From assembly GCF_009914755.1 (NCBI RefSeq), contig NC_060930.1: a stretch of 64,000 bases of DNA; one strand, written 5' to 3'. Of this stretch, positions 1 through 13,240 are shown in pieces. Within the stretch, counting starts at the first letter, position 1. Each line of letters begins with the position of its first letter. This DNA is from the human T2T-CHM13v2.0 reference genome, Homo sapiens. The notes beneath the pieces are model-generated. The model ran no database searches. It saw only the letters and a program-made list of their open reading frames with translations, and was not told where the DNA came from. Both the position numbers and the translations under genes were made by a program.

Positions 1-43
1 TCCTAAGGAGACTGAGTTTGCAGCAAGTTTAAGAAACTACAAA

Positions 44-331
44 GGCTGGGCACGGTGGCTCACGCCTGTAATCCCAGCACTTTGGGAGGCCAAGGCGGGT
101 GGATCACGAGGTTAGGAGATCGAGACCATCCTGGCTAACACGGTGAAACCCCGTCTGTACTAAAAATACAAAAAATTAGCCGGGTGTGGTGGCGGGTGCC
201 TGTAGTCCCAGCTACTCGGGAGGCTGAGGCAAGAGAATGGTGTGAACCCAGGAGGCGGAGCTTGCAGTGAGCCGAGATAGTGCCACTGCAGTCCGGCCTG
301 GGCGACAGACTGAGACTCCTTCTCAAAAAAA
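44..331 (+). mobile_element. AluY-family SINE
   Basis: Full dimer with Y diagnostics (GGATCACGAGGT, ACCATCCTGGCTAACACGG, GAGCTTGCAG); 13-bp TSD AAGAAACTACAAA at 31-43 and 332-344; TT/AAGA endonuclease-type site. Confidence 0.95.
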
Positions 332-730
332 AAGAAACTACAAAAAATTGATATGCCTGGATTGTAGAATTTAAGAGATTAAAAGAATAAGGGAATAAGG
401 GTAAGAATAAGGGTGGTTAAAGAATCTGGTGGGGGAGCCAGACAGTGGAGAAGTTGGAAAACTGCTTGGATAGTTCCTAGAGGCATTTCTTTCCCAAGAC
501 CAATTCTACTTCCAATTAGGATTTCAAGTCCTTAAGTGGTCATCCCTAGCCTCTCCCTACCTGTTTTGATCTTGCACACAACCTTTTCTCTTATACAAAT
601 TCTAACAGAAGTTTTCACATTTTAAATAGGAAGCCTAATAAAAGTTTACTTGATTTTTGCTGCAGATTAAACTAATATGCAATTGACAAATTATTTCTTT
701 TCTTGAATTCAGTCACTGGTTCAAGTAGTA

Positions 731-1108
731 CAGTTATGTGTTCCTTCATGACGGGGATCTGTTCTGAGAAATGCATCGTTAGTCGATTTCATCATCATCT
801 GACCATCATAGAGTGTATTTACACAAACTGAGATGGGGTGGCCTCCTACACACCTAGGCTATAAGGTATGGCCTATTGTTCCTCACCTGCAAATCTGGAC
901 AGCAGGTTAATGTACTGAATACCGTAGGCAATTGTAACACAATGGTAGGGATTTGTTTATCTAAACATATTTAAACACAGGAAAGTACAGTAAATAAATA
1001 ATTTAAAAGATTAAAATTGGTACACTGTATAGGACAGCTCCACTATAATCTTATAAGACCGCCATTGCATATTTGGTCTGCCATAGATGGAAATGTCATT
1101 ATGCAGTT
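731..1108 (-). mobile_element. Tigger3a/MER7A-like non-autonomous TcMar-Tigger DNA transposon
   Basis: TA-CAGTTATG terminus, TTCTGAGAAATGCATCGTTAG and ACACACCTAGGCTA blocks; reverse-complement similarity to the element at 4878-6690. Confidence 0.8.
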
Positions 1109-1134
1109 AAGATACTTAACCTAGGCAGTGGGGT

Positions 1135-1402
1135 GTGGCATGCTGTGTTTCCCAAAGATGGTTTCAATGATAGCTCCTAACTCACACTCTTATTACAACA
1201 TGACTTTGACACTCCTTTGAATGAGAGCTGTGCTCTGTATTCCCTCTTCTTGAATTTGGATGGGCTGTGGCTATGATGGTGGTGATACTGTGTGACTTAT
1301 GAGGCTCAGTCATAAAAGGCAAGACTTCCTTTGGTTTTCTAGGGATAACTTGCCTTTGGAGCCCTAAGCCCCCATTTAAGAAGTCTTGAGGCCACCATGC
1401 TA
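1135..1402 (+). mobile_element. MLT1 (G/H-like) ERVL-MaLR LTR fragment
   Basis: Starts TGTGG..TTTCCCAAAGATGG; TGTGACTTATGAGGC..TCATAAAAGG and GGCCACCATGCT blocks typical of old MLT1. Confidence 0.65.
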
Positions 1403-1460
1403 TTCCAGGGGCAGAGAGAACAAGGTCCTGATTCAGGTAAAGCGGATGGGATTAGAGGGT

Positions 1461-1640
1461 AATGATAGACAGATGCATATGATTGATAGATGTGTATTAT
1501 AGACAGATGACAGATGCATATGATAAATAGGTGATAAATAGATCCAAATGATAGATGAGATAAATGATAAATATGATAGGTATATATTGACAAAGGAAAC
1601 ATACATGATAGGTAGATAGATAGTTAGGTAATAGATAAAG
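1461..1640. repeat. Degenerate (GATA/TAGA)n simple repeat
   Basis: Repeated GATA/AGAT/GATAAAT units seen directly. Confidence 0.85.
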
Positions 1641-2773
1641 GAGAGAGAGCAAGCAATATTTAACAAGGCCTGAGGGGTCAGGACCAGGAGAGCTTTGACC
1701 ATCAGGATGAAGAGTTTGTTGGTGTCTGTGAAGATTTGTGGCTGAGGTTGTCTGTAACCAGGAAGGAGGTTGCAGGGTTCCAAGATGAGGGAATGAGGTT
1801 CTAGGCTAAAGTGCAGATATTTTCCTTTGGGCAGAGAGAGAAAGGAATCAATTTAAGATACAGCACAGAGGAGGAGGAGGCAGCAATTATTAATGAATAG
1901 ATAACCTACAGTGAAAAGAAAGACAGGAGGAGGCAAAGTTTAGACAGTGAGTTTCAAGAGGAAGAGGCCCTCTAGAAAGAAATGAAAACCCCCTTTCTCT
2001 CCAGGGATTACTAGTTTACTGCACAGTGGCAGGAAAACTCCAGGTCACGGAGTGCCTAAGCATTTGCCAAATCATTAGCACTCTGGTAAACCCGGGAAGG
2101 CAGGAGAGCAGTCAAAAGTTAGGGTAAATAAGAGGCTGGAGATTTTTGGTGGATTTTAATCATCCAGTGTCATCCTTCTTGCCCATCACCTCAACCCTGG
2201 GAGCTGCCTGTATTTTTGTTCACAATGGTCCACCTGATTGACAGCATCTATCTCAAGCCTGTGCAGCCACATCTCATTAAGAGGAGAGGACGTAAGAAAT
2301 TTCCTTCAGGTCAGGATGTTATAACAGATGAAAAGGAGAAGATATTTAAGAGAAAAATAACTCAGCAGTACACCATTAATCAATTTCTCTCTCTCTGTCT
2401 CCCTCTTTCATCTCACCTGACCTAATACCCTGAAACTTCCATGATAAGAAACGTAGGCACAGATAGTGTCCTATGAAGCAGCGTTCTTGCAGAGCAGTGG
2501 CCATGATTAATATCGCCTCTGCCCACAGTGATGTTTTTATTCCTTAACTACCGCTCTTTTCTTTGGGGAATCGATGCACATCACTCTGTATTAGAGTCAG
2601 CATCTGCCGTACAGATTCCATGGAAATCACCACGAGCTGCCCATTGCAACCTTGAAAGAAGCATCTTTCAGAAACCCATGACCCAGAATCCCTGTGACAG
2701 TCCCTAGGAATTACATTTGAGGGTAAGTGCCACCTTTGACCTGAGCACTTTGCCTGTTCTTCCTTCGTGCTCC

Positions 2774-2806
2774 TATAAAAGGTGGTGTCGGTGAAACAGA
2801 GTCACT
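2774..2806 (+). promoter_or_regulatory. Candidate TATA + initiator core promoter
   Basis: TATAAAAG at 2774-2781; GTCACT (BBCABW Inr) with its A at 2804, 30 nt from the first T; lies in non-repeat sequence. Confidence 0.3.
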
Positions 2807-3282
2807 TGGAAAGCTGACTCGCCGCCAGCAGAGAAGTCCAGCAGGGCATTGTTTGGAATGGAATGAGCATGCATATTTAATCCGATTTAGTTAATGTTGC
2901 TGAGCACCTCCTCTGAGCCACAGCGCTCAGTACAGGACGACAGGCTAGTGAGGGCTGAGACACAGACACCACCCTGCCATCCGTCGGACTGGGAACGAGG
3001 CCAAGAGGAGGTTTGGACAAGGGGCTGGGGACACAGGGAGGAAGCCAGCACGTGACTTTGGGGACTAAGGAAGGTGCCAAGAGGAGGTGACACTTGTCCT
3101 GGAAGGGTGAGTAGGATCTGGGGAGATGGAGAAAGATATCCAGGCAAAGAGACTAGTGTGAGTCTATGACCTCGTTAGAGGAGGAAAACACAGGCAAAGC
3201 ACAGCCCCTGACATTGGGGAGTGGCGGGGCCTGAAGATTAGGCGTCGTAAATGTCATGCCCACTTCTTTATGAATAACAATA

Positions 3283-3490
3283 TAATAATAGCTGAATTCT
3301 AATGAGTGTTTACTACATGCCAGGCACCCTGCTATGTGCCATACCTGAATTTTCTTTTTTGATTCTATACAGCCTAATGAGGCAATAAATGGCATCACTG
3401 TTCTTTCCTTTTATATATGAGGAAGCTGAGACTTAGAGAACTTCACTAGGGTGCCCAAGGTCACACAGCTGGCAGCCCCCAACCCAGGCT
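3283..3490 (-). mobile_element. MIR SINE
   Basis: TACTACATGCCAGGCAC, ATGAGGAAGCTGAGACTTAGAG, TGCCCAAGGTCACACAGCT core. Confidence 0.75.
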
Positions 3491-3574
3491 GTTTGCCCCC
3501 CAGCCAGGCCCACCCCCTCACTTGCAGCCATAGAGGAGGGTGGTGTGCAAGAATTTTCAAACCAGTTGAAAATT

Positions 3575-3680
3575 TAAAATATGCAGATTTTCAGATCACA
3601 CTCTGAGAAATGTGATTCAGTGAGTCCTGGGAAGAGGCCCACACTCTTCTTTTAAAGACTCCCCAGGTGATTTTGATGGG
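3575..3680. mobile_element. MER5-like hAT-Charlie MITE fragment
   Basis: ATGCAGATT..TGATTCAGT..CTCCCCAGGTGATTTTGATG. Confidence 0.55.
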
Positions 3681-3799
3681 ATATAATGACATAGTAGTTA
3701 TAAGCCTCGCAGGGCATTTTCTGCCCAAACCTACCTATGGAGCTTTGCTGCCCTTTTAGTTCTCATCACAGCAGAAGGGAAGTTGGGAAGGACCTAAAG

Positions 3800-3945
3800 G
3801 ATCAGGGTTTTAGACCTGGCCCTGCTGCCAACCAACTGTTTGATTTTGGACAGTCACATGCCCTGTTTGGATTTTAATTCTTTGTATGTCACAGTTGGAG
3901 GGTGGACAAGATGACACCTGAGATTGCCTCAAGCTTTAACATTCA
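3800..3945 (+). mobile_element. MIR3-like SINE fragment
   Basis: Degenerate core and 3' GGACAAGATGACACCTGAG..GCTTTAACATTC. Confidence 0.45.
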
Positions 3946-4018
3946 ACAATTCTGCTGGGCAGTGATGGCACTTCGGCTATCAGGTCTTGATACATTCAGG
4001 AATTGAAGCTTAGAAGTC

Positions 4019-4799
<781 letters not shown>

Positions 4800-5529
4800 A
4801 AGTCCAAGTGAGAAACAGCACTAAGATAGACTGAAGTCACTTGAAACCGAGCTAAGTTTCTGCATCAGTCGGGAATACAGTCATGCACTGCATAATAGTG
4901 TTTTGGGCAATGATGGATTGCATAAACAATGGTGGGTCCACAAGATTATAATGGAGCTGAAAACCTCGTATCACCTAGTGATGTCGTAGCCATCCTCATG
5001 TCATAGTACAATGCATTACTCACGTGTGTGTGGCGATGCTGGTGTGAACAAACTACTGTGCTGACAGTCACATACAAGTAGAGGACATGCAATTATGTAC
5101 AGCACATAATGCTTGATAATGACAATAAATTACTGTCACTGGTTTGTGTATTTACTAGTCTATACTTTTTAGTCATTATTTTGGAGTGTATTCTTTCCAT
5201 CTATAAAAAGTTAATTGTAAAACAGCCTCAGGCAGGTCCTTCAGGAGGGATTCCAGAAGAAGACATTGTTATCATAGGAGATGACAGCTCTGTGTATGTT
5301 ACTGCCCCTGAAAACCTTCCAGTGGAGGGGAGGTGGAAGACAGTGATGTGGATGATTCTGACCTTGTGTGGGCCTAGGCTAATGTGTGTGTTTGTGTTTT
5401 ATTTTTTAACCAAAAATAAATTTTAAGTAAAAAAATAAAAACAAAAAAAATTTAAATAGAAGAAATCATATAGAATAAGGATGTAAAGAAAAAACATTTT
5501 TGGGTAGCTATGCAATGTGTTTGTGTGTT

Positions 5530-6138
<609 letters not shown>

Positions 6139-6984
6139 TGTGTTTGTGTTTTAAGCTAAGTATTATTACAACAGTCAGAAAGTTTTAAAAAGGTAAAAAG
6201 TTTATAAAGTAAAAAAGTTCTGGTAAGCTAAGGTGAACTCATTGAAAACAGAACAATTTTTAAAAAGAAATCAAGTGTAGCCTCAATGTGCAATGTGTAT
6301 AACGTCTGCAGTAGTGCACACGAATGTACCAAGTGTTCACATTCACTCCCCACTCACTGACTCACCTAGAGCAACTTCCATCCTGCAAGCTCCATTCATT
6401 GTAAGGGCCCTATACAGGTGGACCACTTTTTACCGTTTATAACATATTTTTTTCTGTACCTTTTCTATGTCTCAGTATGTTTAGGTGCACAAATACATCC
6501 CATTGTGTCACAGTTGCCTACAGTATTCAGCACAGTAGCCTGCTGTAGAGGTTTGTAGCCTAGGAGCAATAGGATCTACCATACAGCCTAGGTGTGTAGG
6601 TAAGTACATTCCATGGTACATTCCACCAACAAAATCACCCAACAGTGCATTTCTCAGAATGCATCCCCGTCACTCAGTGACACATGACTGTATTTGTTGC
6701 AATTAACAGAATCCACTCATGCTTGTTTATAGTTTATGCTGGAAAGAAACGTATGAAAGGATCCTCGCTAACTCCACAGGGGCCACTGGGTCAGGAAGGA
6801 CGTTAATTACAATGAGGCATTGTTCTGTTGAAGCAGAGAACTACTGCCCCCAACCTCCGGCCCCATGCAAGGGACCTCCGCTGTCCCCCACCCCAGGAAC
6901 CAGCACCTGCAGTGCCTGCTGCCTGACATCATCTTCCCCTCGCCGAGTCTCACATGGGTGTGACTCATACGTTCATGAAGAGAT

Positions 6985-8330
6985 AATTTGGAAAAAGTAC
7001 ACCAAAATGGAAAATGTGCATACTCTTTGACTCAGCAATTCTACTCCTATGAAGTTTTTTCCTAAGGAAATAATTCAGTGAGTGCCTAGAGAGTATATTT
7101 ATAAATATGTTTGTTCATCAGAGTATTGCTTATATAAACCCACACACCTCAATATTTATCAGTGATAGATTTGCCAAATAAACCATGATGCCCGTGAGCA
7201 TGGGAGTGTGGCTGAGTTAAATGTGATGATACGGATCAGTGGTTCTCAGCTTAAGCACACCCAAGCTGAGCAATGCCTCCTTTTTATGATAAGTGCCTGT
7301 AATACTCCTTTTACTATCCTGAAATGAAATTCATAGATAATATAACCTATATATATGATTTTTTAAAAAATCAATATAACAGCCCTTTCTGTGTGTTTTA
7401 AAACACACATAAGTTTTAAAAAATCAATACATTGCCTTCGCTGTAATATAAAGGAGAAATAAAAAAAGAGGAATCTATAATGAAACGTTTCAACATGGGA
7501 ATGCACAGGCATGCATACACGAGGAGATGCCGAGTGTGTGAAGTTTGCCCTGTGTAAAACCACCATGAAGGTCCCAGCCAGGAAAGTTGACCCTTCAAAC
7601 GTGTGTGTTGGGAGCTCAGATCTCAGGATCCCGCTGAGTGGCAATTGCGGATGGGATTTTCCAACAAAGCAAGGTACAATCCTCCCTTAATACCCCTCAA
7701 CATACCTGAGAAACATCGTGTATGTTAAAAACATGCAAAAATCAGTCGTGTCTAAATTAAAATGAAGTTTATGCCTTGGCTCAGATTATTTTAAGCAGGA
7801 ATTTTCAACTACATGAATGTCTGATGTGATATTTCAAAATTATGTGGGATAATCGTCAATGGAGGGACTGACTTCCCTGGGACCTCACCCACTAAATGCC
7901 AGGAACCCCTCAACCAGAAAAGCCCCCACACATTTCCCGTCCACCCTTGATAGGGGGCAGAATGGCCTCTGAGAACCAGTGACCACTGACATGTGTTTAC
8001 TGACTGGGAAAGAAGTCTACGATACGTATTGTGAAGTACGACGTATGGTTAAGTAAATGTAGGCTTAAGGATCAACACCTACAACATGATTCCATTTTTG
8101 AAAAAGGACAAACATAAAGACGGCATGAAAGAAAAATCTGTGTATGTGTGCAGGTCCAGAGAGGAAAACATCTGAACATATGTAAACAAACATTAACCAT
8201 AAGTGTCTCTGGTGAGTGAGATTACAGGTCATTTTCATTTTTTAATGTCTATTTTTCCATATGGACTTTTTTTTTTGTAATGATATATTACGTTTATTTT
8301 CAGAAAAACAAAACTATTTCCATTTGAAAA
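6985..8330 (+). mobile_element. Ancient L1M (L1ME-like) 3' fragments, interrupted by a hAT element
   Basis: TTTGACTCAGCAATTCTACTCCTA..CCTAAGGAAATAATT and downstream 3'UTR-like blocks. Confidence 0.55.
7237..7981. mobile_element. hAT-Charlie non-autonomous element (MER20B-like)
   Basis: TIRs CAGTGGTTCTCA / TGAGAACCAGTG; right end resembles MER20. Confidence 0.6.
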
Positions 8331-8333
8331 ATT

Positions 8334-8638
8334 GGCCAGGCACGGTAGCTCATGCCTGTAATCCCAGCACTTAGGAGGACCACAGGGTGGATCACTTGAG
8401 GCCAGGAGTTCGAGACCAGCCTGGCCAACATGGCAAAACCCTGTCTCTACTGAGACAGGGTTACAAAAATTAGCCGGGCATGGTGGCGCAATGGTGTAAT
8501 TCCAGCTACTTTGGAGGCAGAGGCACAAGCAATCACTTGAACTTCGGAGGTTGAGGCTGCAGTGAGCCGAGATCGTGCCACTCCACTCCAGCCTGGGTGA
8601 CAGAGCAAGACCCTTTCTCAAAATAAATAAATAAATAA
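8334..8638 (+). mobile_element. Alu (J/early S) with hairpin-altered linker
   Basis: Full dimer, (AAAT)n tail, TGAAAAAT on both flanks. Confidence 0.92.
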
Positions 8639-8667
8639 GTGAAAAATCAATAAAAGGAAGGCAGCAG

Positions 8668-8881
8668 AGCACGGTTTTTCAGCCTGGGCAGTGTGGACAT
8701 CTGGAGATGTCTTTTTTCTAGGAGGCTGTTCTGTACTTTGTAGGGTATGTAGCAGCATCCTTGGTCTCCACTCAATATAAGCCAACAGCACCCTCCACCC
8801 CAAGTTCTGACAACCAAAAATGTCTCCAGACATTGCTAAATGACCCCTGGGGGGCTGAATTGCCCTGGTTGAGAACCACTG
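8668..8881. mobile_element. MER20 hAT-Charlie MITE
   Basis: TGACAACCAAAAATGTCTCCAGACATTGC..GGTTGAGAACCACTG. Confidence 0.88.
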
Positions 8882-8894
8882 TTGCAGAGGATTA

Positions 8895-9115
8895 AAAGTC
8901 CAGGTTTGGACATCCCACTGCATGGGTTCTAATCCCAGCTGCACCACTCTTTATCTGTGCAAGTAACTGAATAACTGCCTGAGATGCCTTGTCTGTACAG
9001 TAGATGGTTGTGCCTCCTAGGTTTGCTTGAGAATGAAATTAGAAAGTGTACATTTAAATGATTAGCACAGTTCTTGGCATGCAGTAAAGTGTACAATGAA
9101 TGCAAGCTTCCATTA
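8895..9115 (+). mobile_element. MIR SINE
   Basis: GGGTTCTAATCCCAGCTGCACCACT..TAGCACAGTTCTTGGCATGCAGTAA. Confidence 0.65.
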
Positions 9116-9829
9116 TCAAAAAGAAAAATGTCTATCCCTAAATTAGGAAATCAAACCTTATAAATAGATAAATGCTCCCAGTATAGGAAGACACTGGACT
9201 CCACATGCTGCTGTCCCCAGGGAACCGGACCCTGTTCCCCCTGGGTCCTGGGCTAGTTTTTTCCCGGGACCTGGATAAACTCTCAGTGTGTCTCAAGCCT
9301 TTTCTGGCTCTCTAGCCACGGGAATAGTCTCATTTCATAAAACAAAATGTTCAATCTAACGCATATTACTCCAAACTTAATTTGAAGTGCATGTTAACCC
9401 AGCTCCAAAGCCTGCATGAAGAGGGAAGCTGCGGGATTCCTCCCTCCCTCACCTTGCCCCCAGAGGCTGCACCAGTAACGATCCAGGTTCTAGGCCTTGT
9501 AGGGAGAGACAGAGCTTTCCAGACCTGGGCTGCATGTTCTGCTTTGATGTCCTCTGGGCTTGGCAGATGTTCAAAGTCGTTCTCTTAGGGATCAGGGGCG
9601 GGATTGTTTCTCAGTGATTCTTGTATGGCCAGCCCCTGATGCCCTTCACAAGACTTGAGCAACATGCCCCCTCCTTCTGGGGGCCACTTCTGAAGCCGCC
9701 TTTAGACCCTGGCCTTGGGATCCACCCTCTGCAGTTTGCCCCACCCCTGCAGGCAGCCTCTGGGGCCACACCCTGTGGTAGGTGAGACGGGTCCTCCGCT
9801 CTGGTCCTTCAGGCTGGTGGGCACCAGCG

Positions 9830-9983
9830 CACAGACCATCTCTCTGCACCCTACCACCGGCCGATGCATCCAAAGCCAGCCCTGCAGCCCAGCTGCTTAG
9901 CCCAGTCACAGACCATCTCTCTGCACCCTACCACCGGCCGATGCATCCAAAGCCAGCCCTGCAGCCCTGCTGCTTAGCCCAGT
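9830..9983. repeat. 77-bp tandem duplication (2 copies, 1 mismatch)
   Basis: 9830-9906 and 9907-9983 align with a single A/T difference. Confidence 0.95.
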
Positions 9984-10814
9984 GCAAAGAGTAGCAGCCC
10001 ACTCCTCGCATACAGCAGTGAGGGGCAGGGGCAGGGGGACTGCTGCACACCATCATTTCTTCTGGAAGGAATTATTTGCTCTAGGCTGCCCTCCCCTTGC
10101 CCTCATGCCCTCACCCCTTCTGCAGGGCATGGCTGATGCTGGTCCAATCTTGCTTACCTCCAGTGGGTGCTGCTCAGCCAGACTCACATCACTTAGGATG
10201 TCAGGGGATGTGGTCTTGGAGGCTTCCTACGAAACAGAGCAAAGGGTTTTATTTGAGCACCCAGGTGCCTCGCCTCCTGGATCAGCTGTATTACAAATGG
10301 TCTTCTTCACAGTCCCAGAGAGGTCGGGGCCATATTCTTGGACTTTTTCTCAGGTCCCAGCTAACATTCAGGCTCCTGGGGAAGTTTGCATTTTACAGCG
10401 ATGGACTCCTTAAATGAGAGGGAGGGATTTCTCTAGAAATTAGGCTGCCTGATCCTGCACCAAATGCTGACGATGCTGACTCCACGGCTACAAGGCTTCT
10501 TAGGAAGCAGCACACAATCTCCGAGGCCACAGGCTACACTTACGGGTGAGCTGGGGCTTTCAGTGCCCTGCCGGCCTTGGACTTGTAAATGCATAAAATA
10601 AAGGATGCATTCAAGCTGATGAATCAGATCCTACAGGGCCTGAAAGGGTCACTTCAGCTTCCAAGCCACTTAGCTGATAGCCGGGAAATGCAGAGTAGAG
10701 GGTAAGGCATTCAAATGCTCCAACACAGGAGAAATGATTTATAAATGTAGTAGAGTGAACTTGGTGGAGACAGAGCTTGGACTTCAACACAGGGCTTTTG
10801 GGGTCAAGTGAGAG

Positions 10815-11003
10815 CAGGGGTTCTCAAAGTGGGGTTCCTGGACTGCAGCATCAGCTTTGCATTGCCTGGAAACGGGACAGAAATGCAAATCCACCAGCCT
10901 CACCCCAGTCCTGCTGAACCAGAAACTCTGGGGTAAAGCTTCACAATTCGTGTTGTAACAAACCCTCCAGGCAAGGCTGATGCCACTGGAGTCTGAGAGG
11001 CTT
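10815..11003. mobile_element. MER5A hAT-Charlie MITE
   Basis: GGTTCTCAAAGTG..AGAAATGCAAAT..CAGAAACTCTGGGG..TAACAAACCCTCCAGG. Confidence 0.8.
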
Positions 11004-11015
11004 GCTTTGGAGATA

Positions 11016-11360
11016 CAGTCAGCCCTACATACCCATGGATTTTGCATCCATAGATTCAATCAACCATAGCTCAAAAATATTGAAAAAAATTTAAGAAATA
11101 CCAATGCAACTATAAAAAATAATACAGATAAAAATGACACAATATAGCAACAATTTACATAGCATTTACATTGCATTAGTACTACAATAATCTACAGGTG
11201 ATTTAAAGTATATGGAAGGATATACATAGGTTATGTGCAAATACGATGGCATTTTATATCAAGGGCTTGAGCATCTGTGGATTTTGGTATCCGAGGGGGC
11301 TCCTGGAATCAATCCTCCCCATTTTCGTCCCTGCCCCCGCCAACCCAGGGAATGATGACT
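11016..11360. mobile_element. MER2 TcMar-Tigger MITE
   Basis: TA-CAGTCAGCCCT start, GATTCAATCAACC, TAGGTTATGTGCAAATAC, GGATTTTGGTATCC. Confidence 0.85.
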
Positions 11361-11407
11361 CTCTCCCCATTTAACCCTGAAGAAGCCATCGTTGTATCTG
11401 GCAATTC

Positions 11408-11537
11408 AGTGCACTTCTCTGGATAGGAACTGTGACCCATCAATGAAAGGCTTAATTATACCCATGCTATTTTATTAATAAGATGGGAAAATATGAAATA
11501 AAGCTGAGGTAAATTTCATTTGAAATGGTGAAAGCAG
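11408..11537 (+). repeat. Dispersed ~130-bp direct repeat, copy A
   Basis: About 85% identical (hand alignment) to 13241-13372. Confidence 0.9.
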
Positions 11538-11889
11538 GGGTCTGAGCATACCCTGTGATTTGCCTGGGGCCCACGAGCCTTGAGGATGGAAATTTGAGCT
11601 CGGTTCATAAGTGGGTTTTAGCAGCCAGGTGTGTAGTGGGATAGTGAGAAACACTGTTTAATTCATGACAACCACCGTCCTGTAGAGTCCCTAGAATGCT
11701 CAGGAGCCTGGGAAAGCAAAGGAGTATGTGATAAGAATCAAAGAAGTATGTCATCCTGGAGCCCTAGCAATGCAACTGGAGTGACATGTGAAACACAGCC
11801 CAGAAACAGCAGTTAGACAGTGAGAGCAATGGCAGCACAGTTGGTCAGGTCCTGACCTGAATGATATAGCCTGCTTTGGGGGCTCCCAT

Positions 11890-12120
11890 CATTCTATATT
11901 CATTCAATAAATATGAATTAACTACTGATTATAGGTCCTGCATAGTGTGCTCAACCTGCGGACACAGTGGTAAATGTCATTCCAGCCCTCCTCGGGCCTA
12001 CGGTTTAGCTGAGGAGGTGGCTTTTAAACAAATTATTACACACAGTCACAGCTGGAAGAGTCTATGAAGGAGAAGTACACAGGTTGCTGTTAGAGAAACT
12101 GGAGGAAGGGCTGCATGGGG
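11890..12120 (-). mobile_element. L2 3'-end fragment
   Basis: TTCATTCAATAAATAT.. terminus followed by L2-like blocks. Confidence 0.55.
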
Positions 12121-12514
12121 AAAGGGGAGACAATGATAAAGGTCCACACTTGTACCTATAGCTATCTACACCTGGGACAGACAGGTGACATCGAAATGAG
12201 ACTCTTGAGTAAGTGGCTGGTTTTATTGACATGTGAAAAGCATATGGTGTGCAACACAATCGCTATTTGTTGCTTGCCAGTAATTTATGTTTAAGGACAG
12301 TCTAAAGAAGTAAGAATAAAACAAGGCAGAAGTTCAGTAATGAATGCTCGTTCCCTATGTGGGAACTCTTCTACTGGGCACTTTTTGAGCTCAGCATTTG
12401 CATTTAGGAGCAAATGCGCTGCACTGAGTAAGAAGAGAGAATGAGGTCTAGACCTATGATTAGCTCAAACTGGGAAAATGGAAAATGCAAGCAGCTCTCA
12501 GAGCACAGCAGCTC

Positions 12515-13240
12515 TCAGGCAGGAGAGGGCTCCTCCCAACACAGGCACACCAGGAATGTCAAGTGGCCATTTGGTGATGGTCAGGCGGTTGTTAACTGTC
12601 TCTCTAAAATAATAATTGGTTGCAGCTGGTAGCAGGGAAAGGCGGTCTCCCAGTAGATAGAAAACACCTGAAACGTGATTGGCGGCTTCCCTGTAAGATC
12701 TCCGGAGTTGGGCAAGTGGGCTCAAGCATGTGCACTAAGGGACAAAATGGTGGAGTTTAACTAGCATATGACCTTCCTCTAGGAATGCTAGACTGGTAAG
12801 GTAAGAATGCCTCAAGGGAGCATGCGCACAACTCCAGTAAACACACTGCGCATGCTTCCCTCCCGAGGGCTAGCAGGCCACTGCGCATGTGGAGAGCCCA
12901 CCCCAAGGAAGGAAGCGGGGGAAGTAACACAAGACCCTGGAAGTAGGCCAACATATGAAACCTCAAGTCAAAAGGTCACACCACTCACTTGATCTCTCAA
13001 GTCATCTGGTTGGCCCTCTTGCTTGTGGACTTTACTTCCTTTCATTTCTGCTCTAAAACTTTTTAATAAATGTTCACTCTTGGTCTAAAACTTGCCTTGG
13101 TCTCTCCTTCTGCCTTATGCCCCTTGGCTGAATTCTTTCTTCTGGGGAGGCAAGAATTGAGGTTGCTGCAGATCTGTATGGATTCGCCACTGGTAACATA
13201 CTCTGGTGTCGTGTGACTCAGATACATTCCACCGCTAACA
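12515..13240 (+). mobile_element. MER50 ERV1 solo LTR, extreme 5' end missing
   Basis: CCAGGAATGTCA..GGTGATGGTCAGGCGGTTGTTAACTGTCTCTCTAAAATAATAATTGG; AATAAA at 13065-13070; ends ..TAACA. Confidence 0.85.

Noticed and set aside
8020-8055. Four CpGs in a short TACGA(T)ACGTAT near-duplicate inside an old L1
   Set aside because: Too short and degenerate to separate from chance or slippage
9382-10417. Overlapping 60-143 aa ORFs in the GC-rich block
   Set aside because: No recognisable domain, many alternative starts, expected in GC-rich DNA; partly produced by the 77-bp duplication
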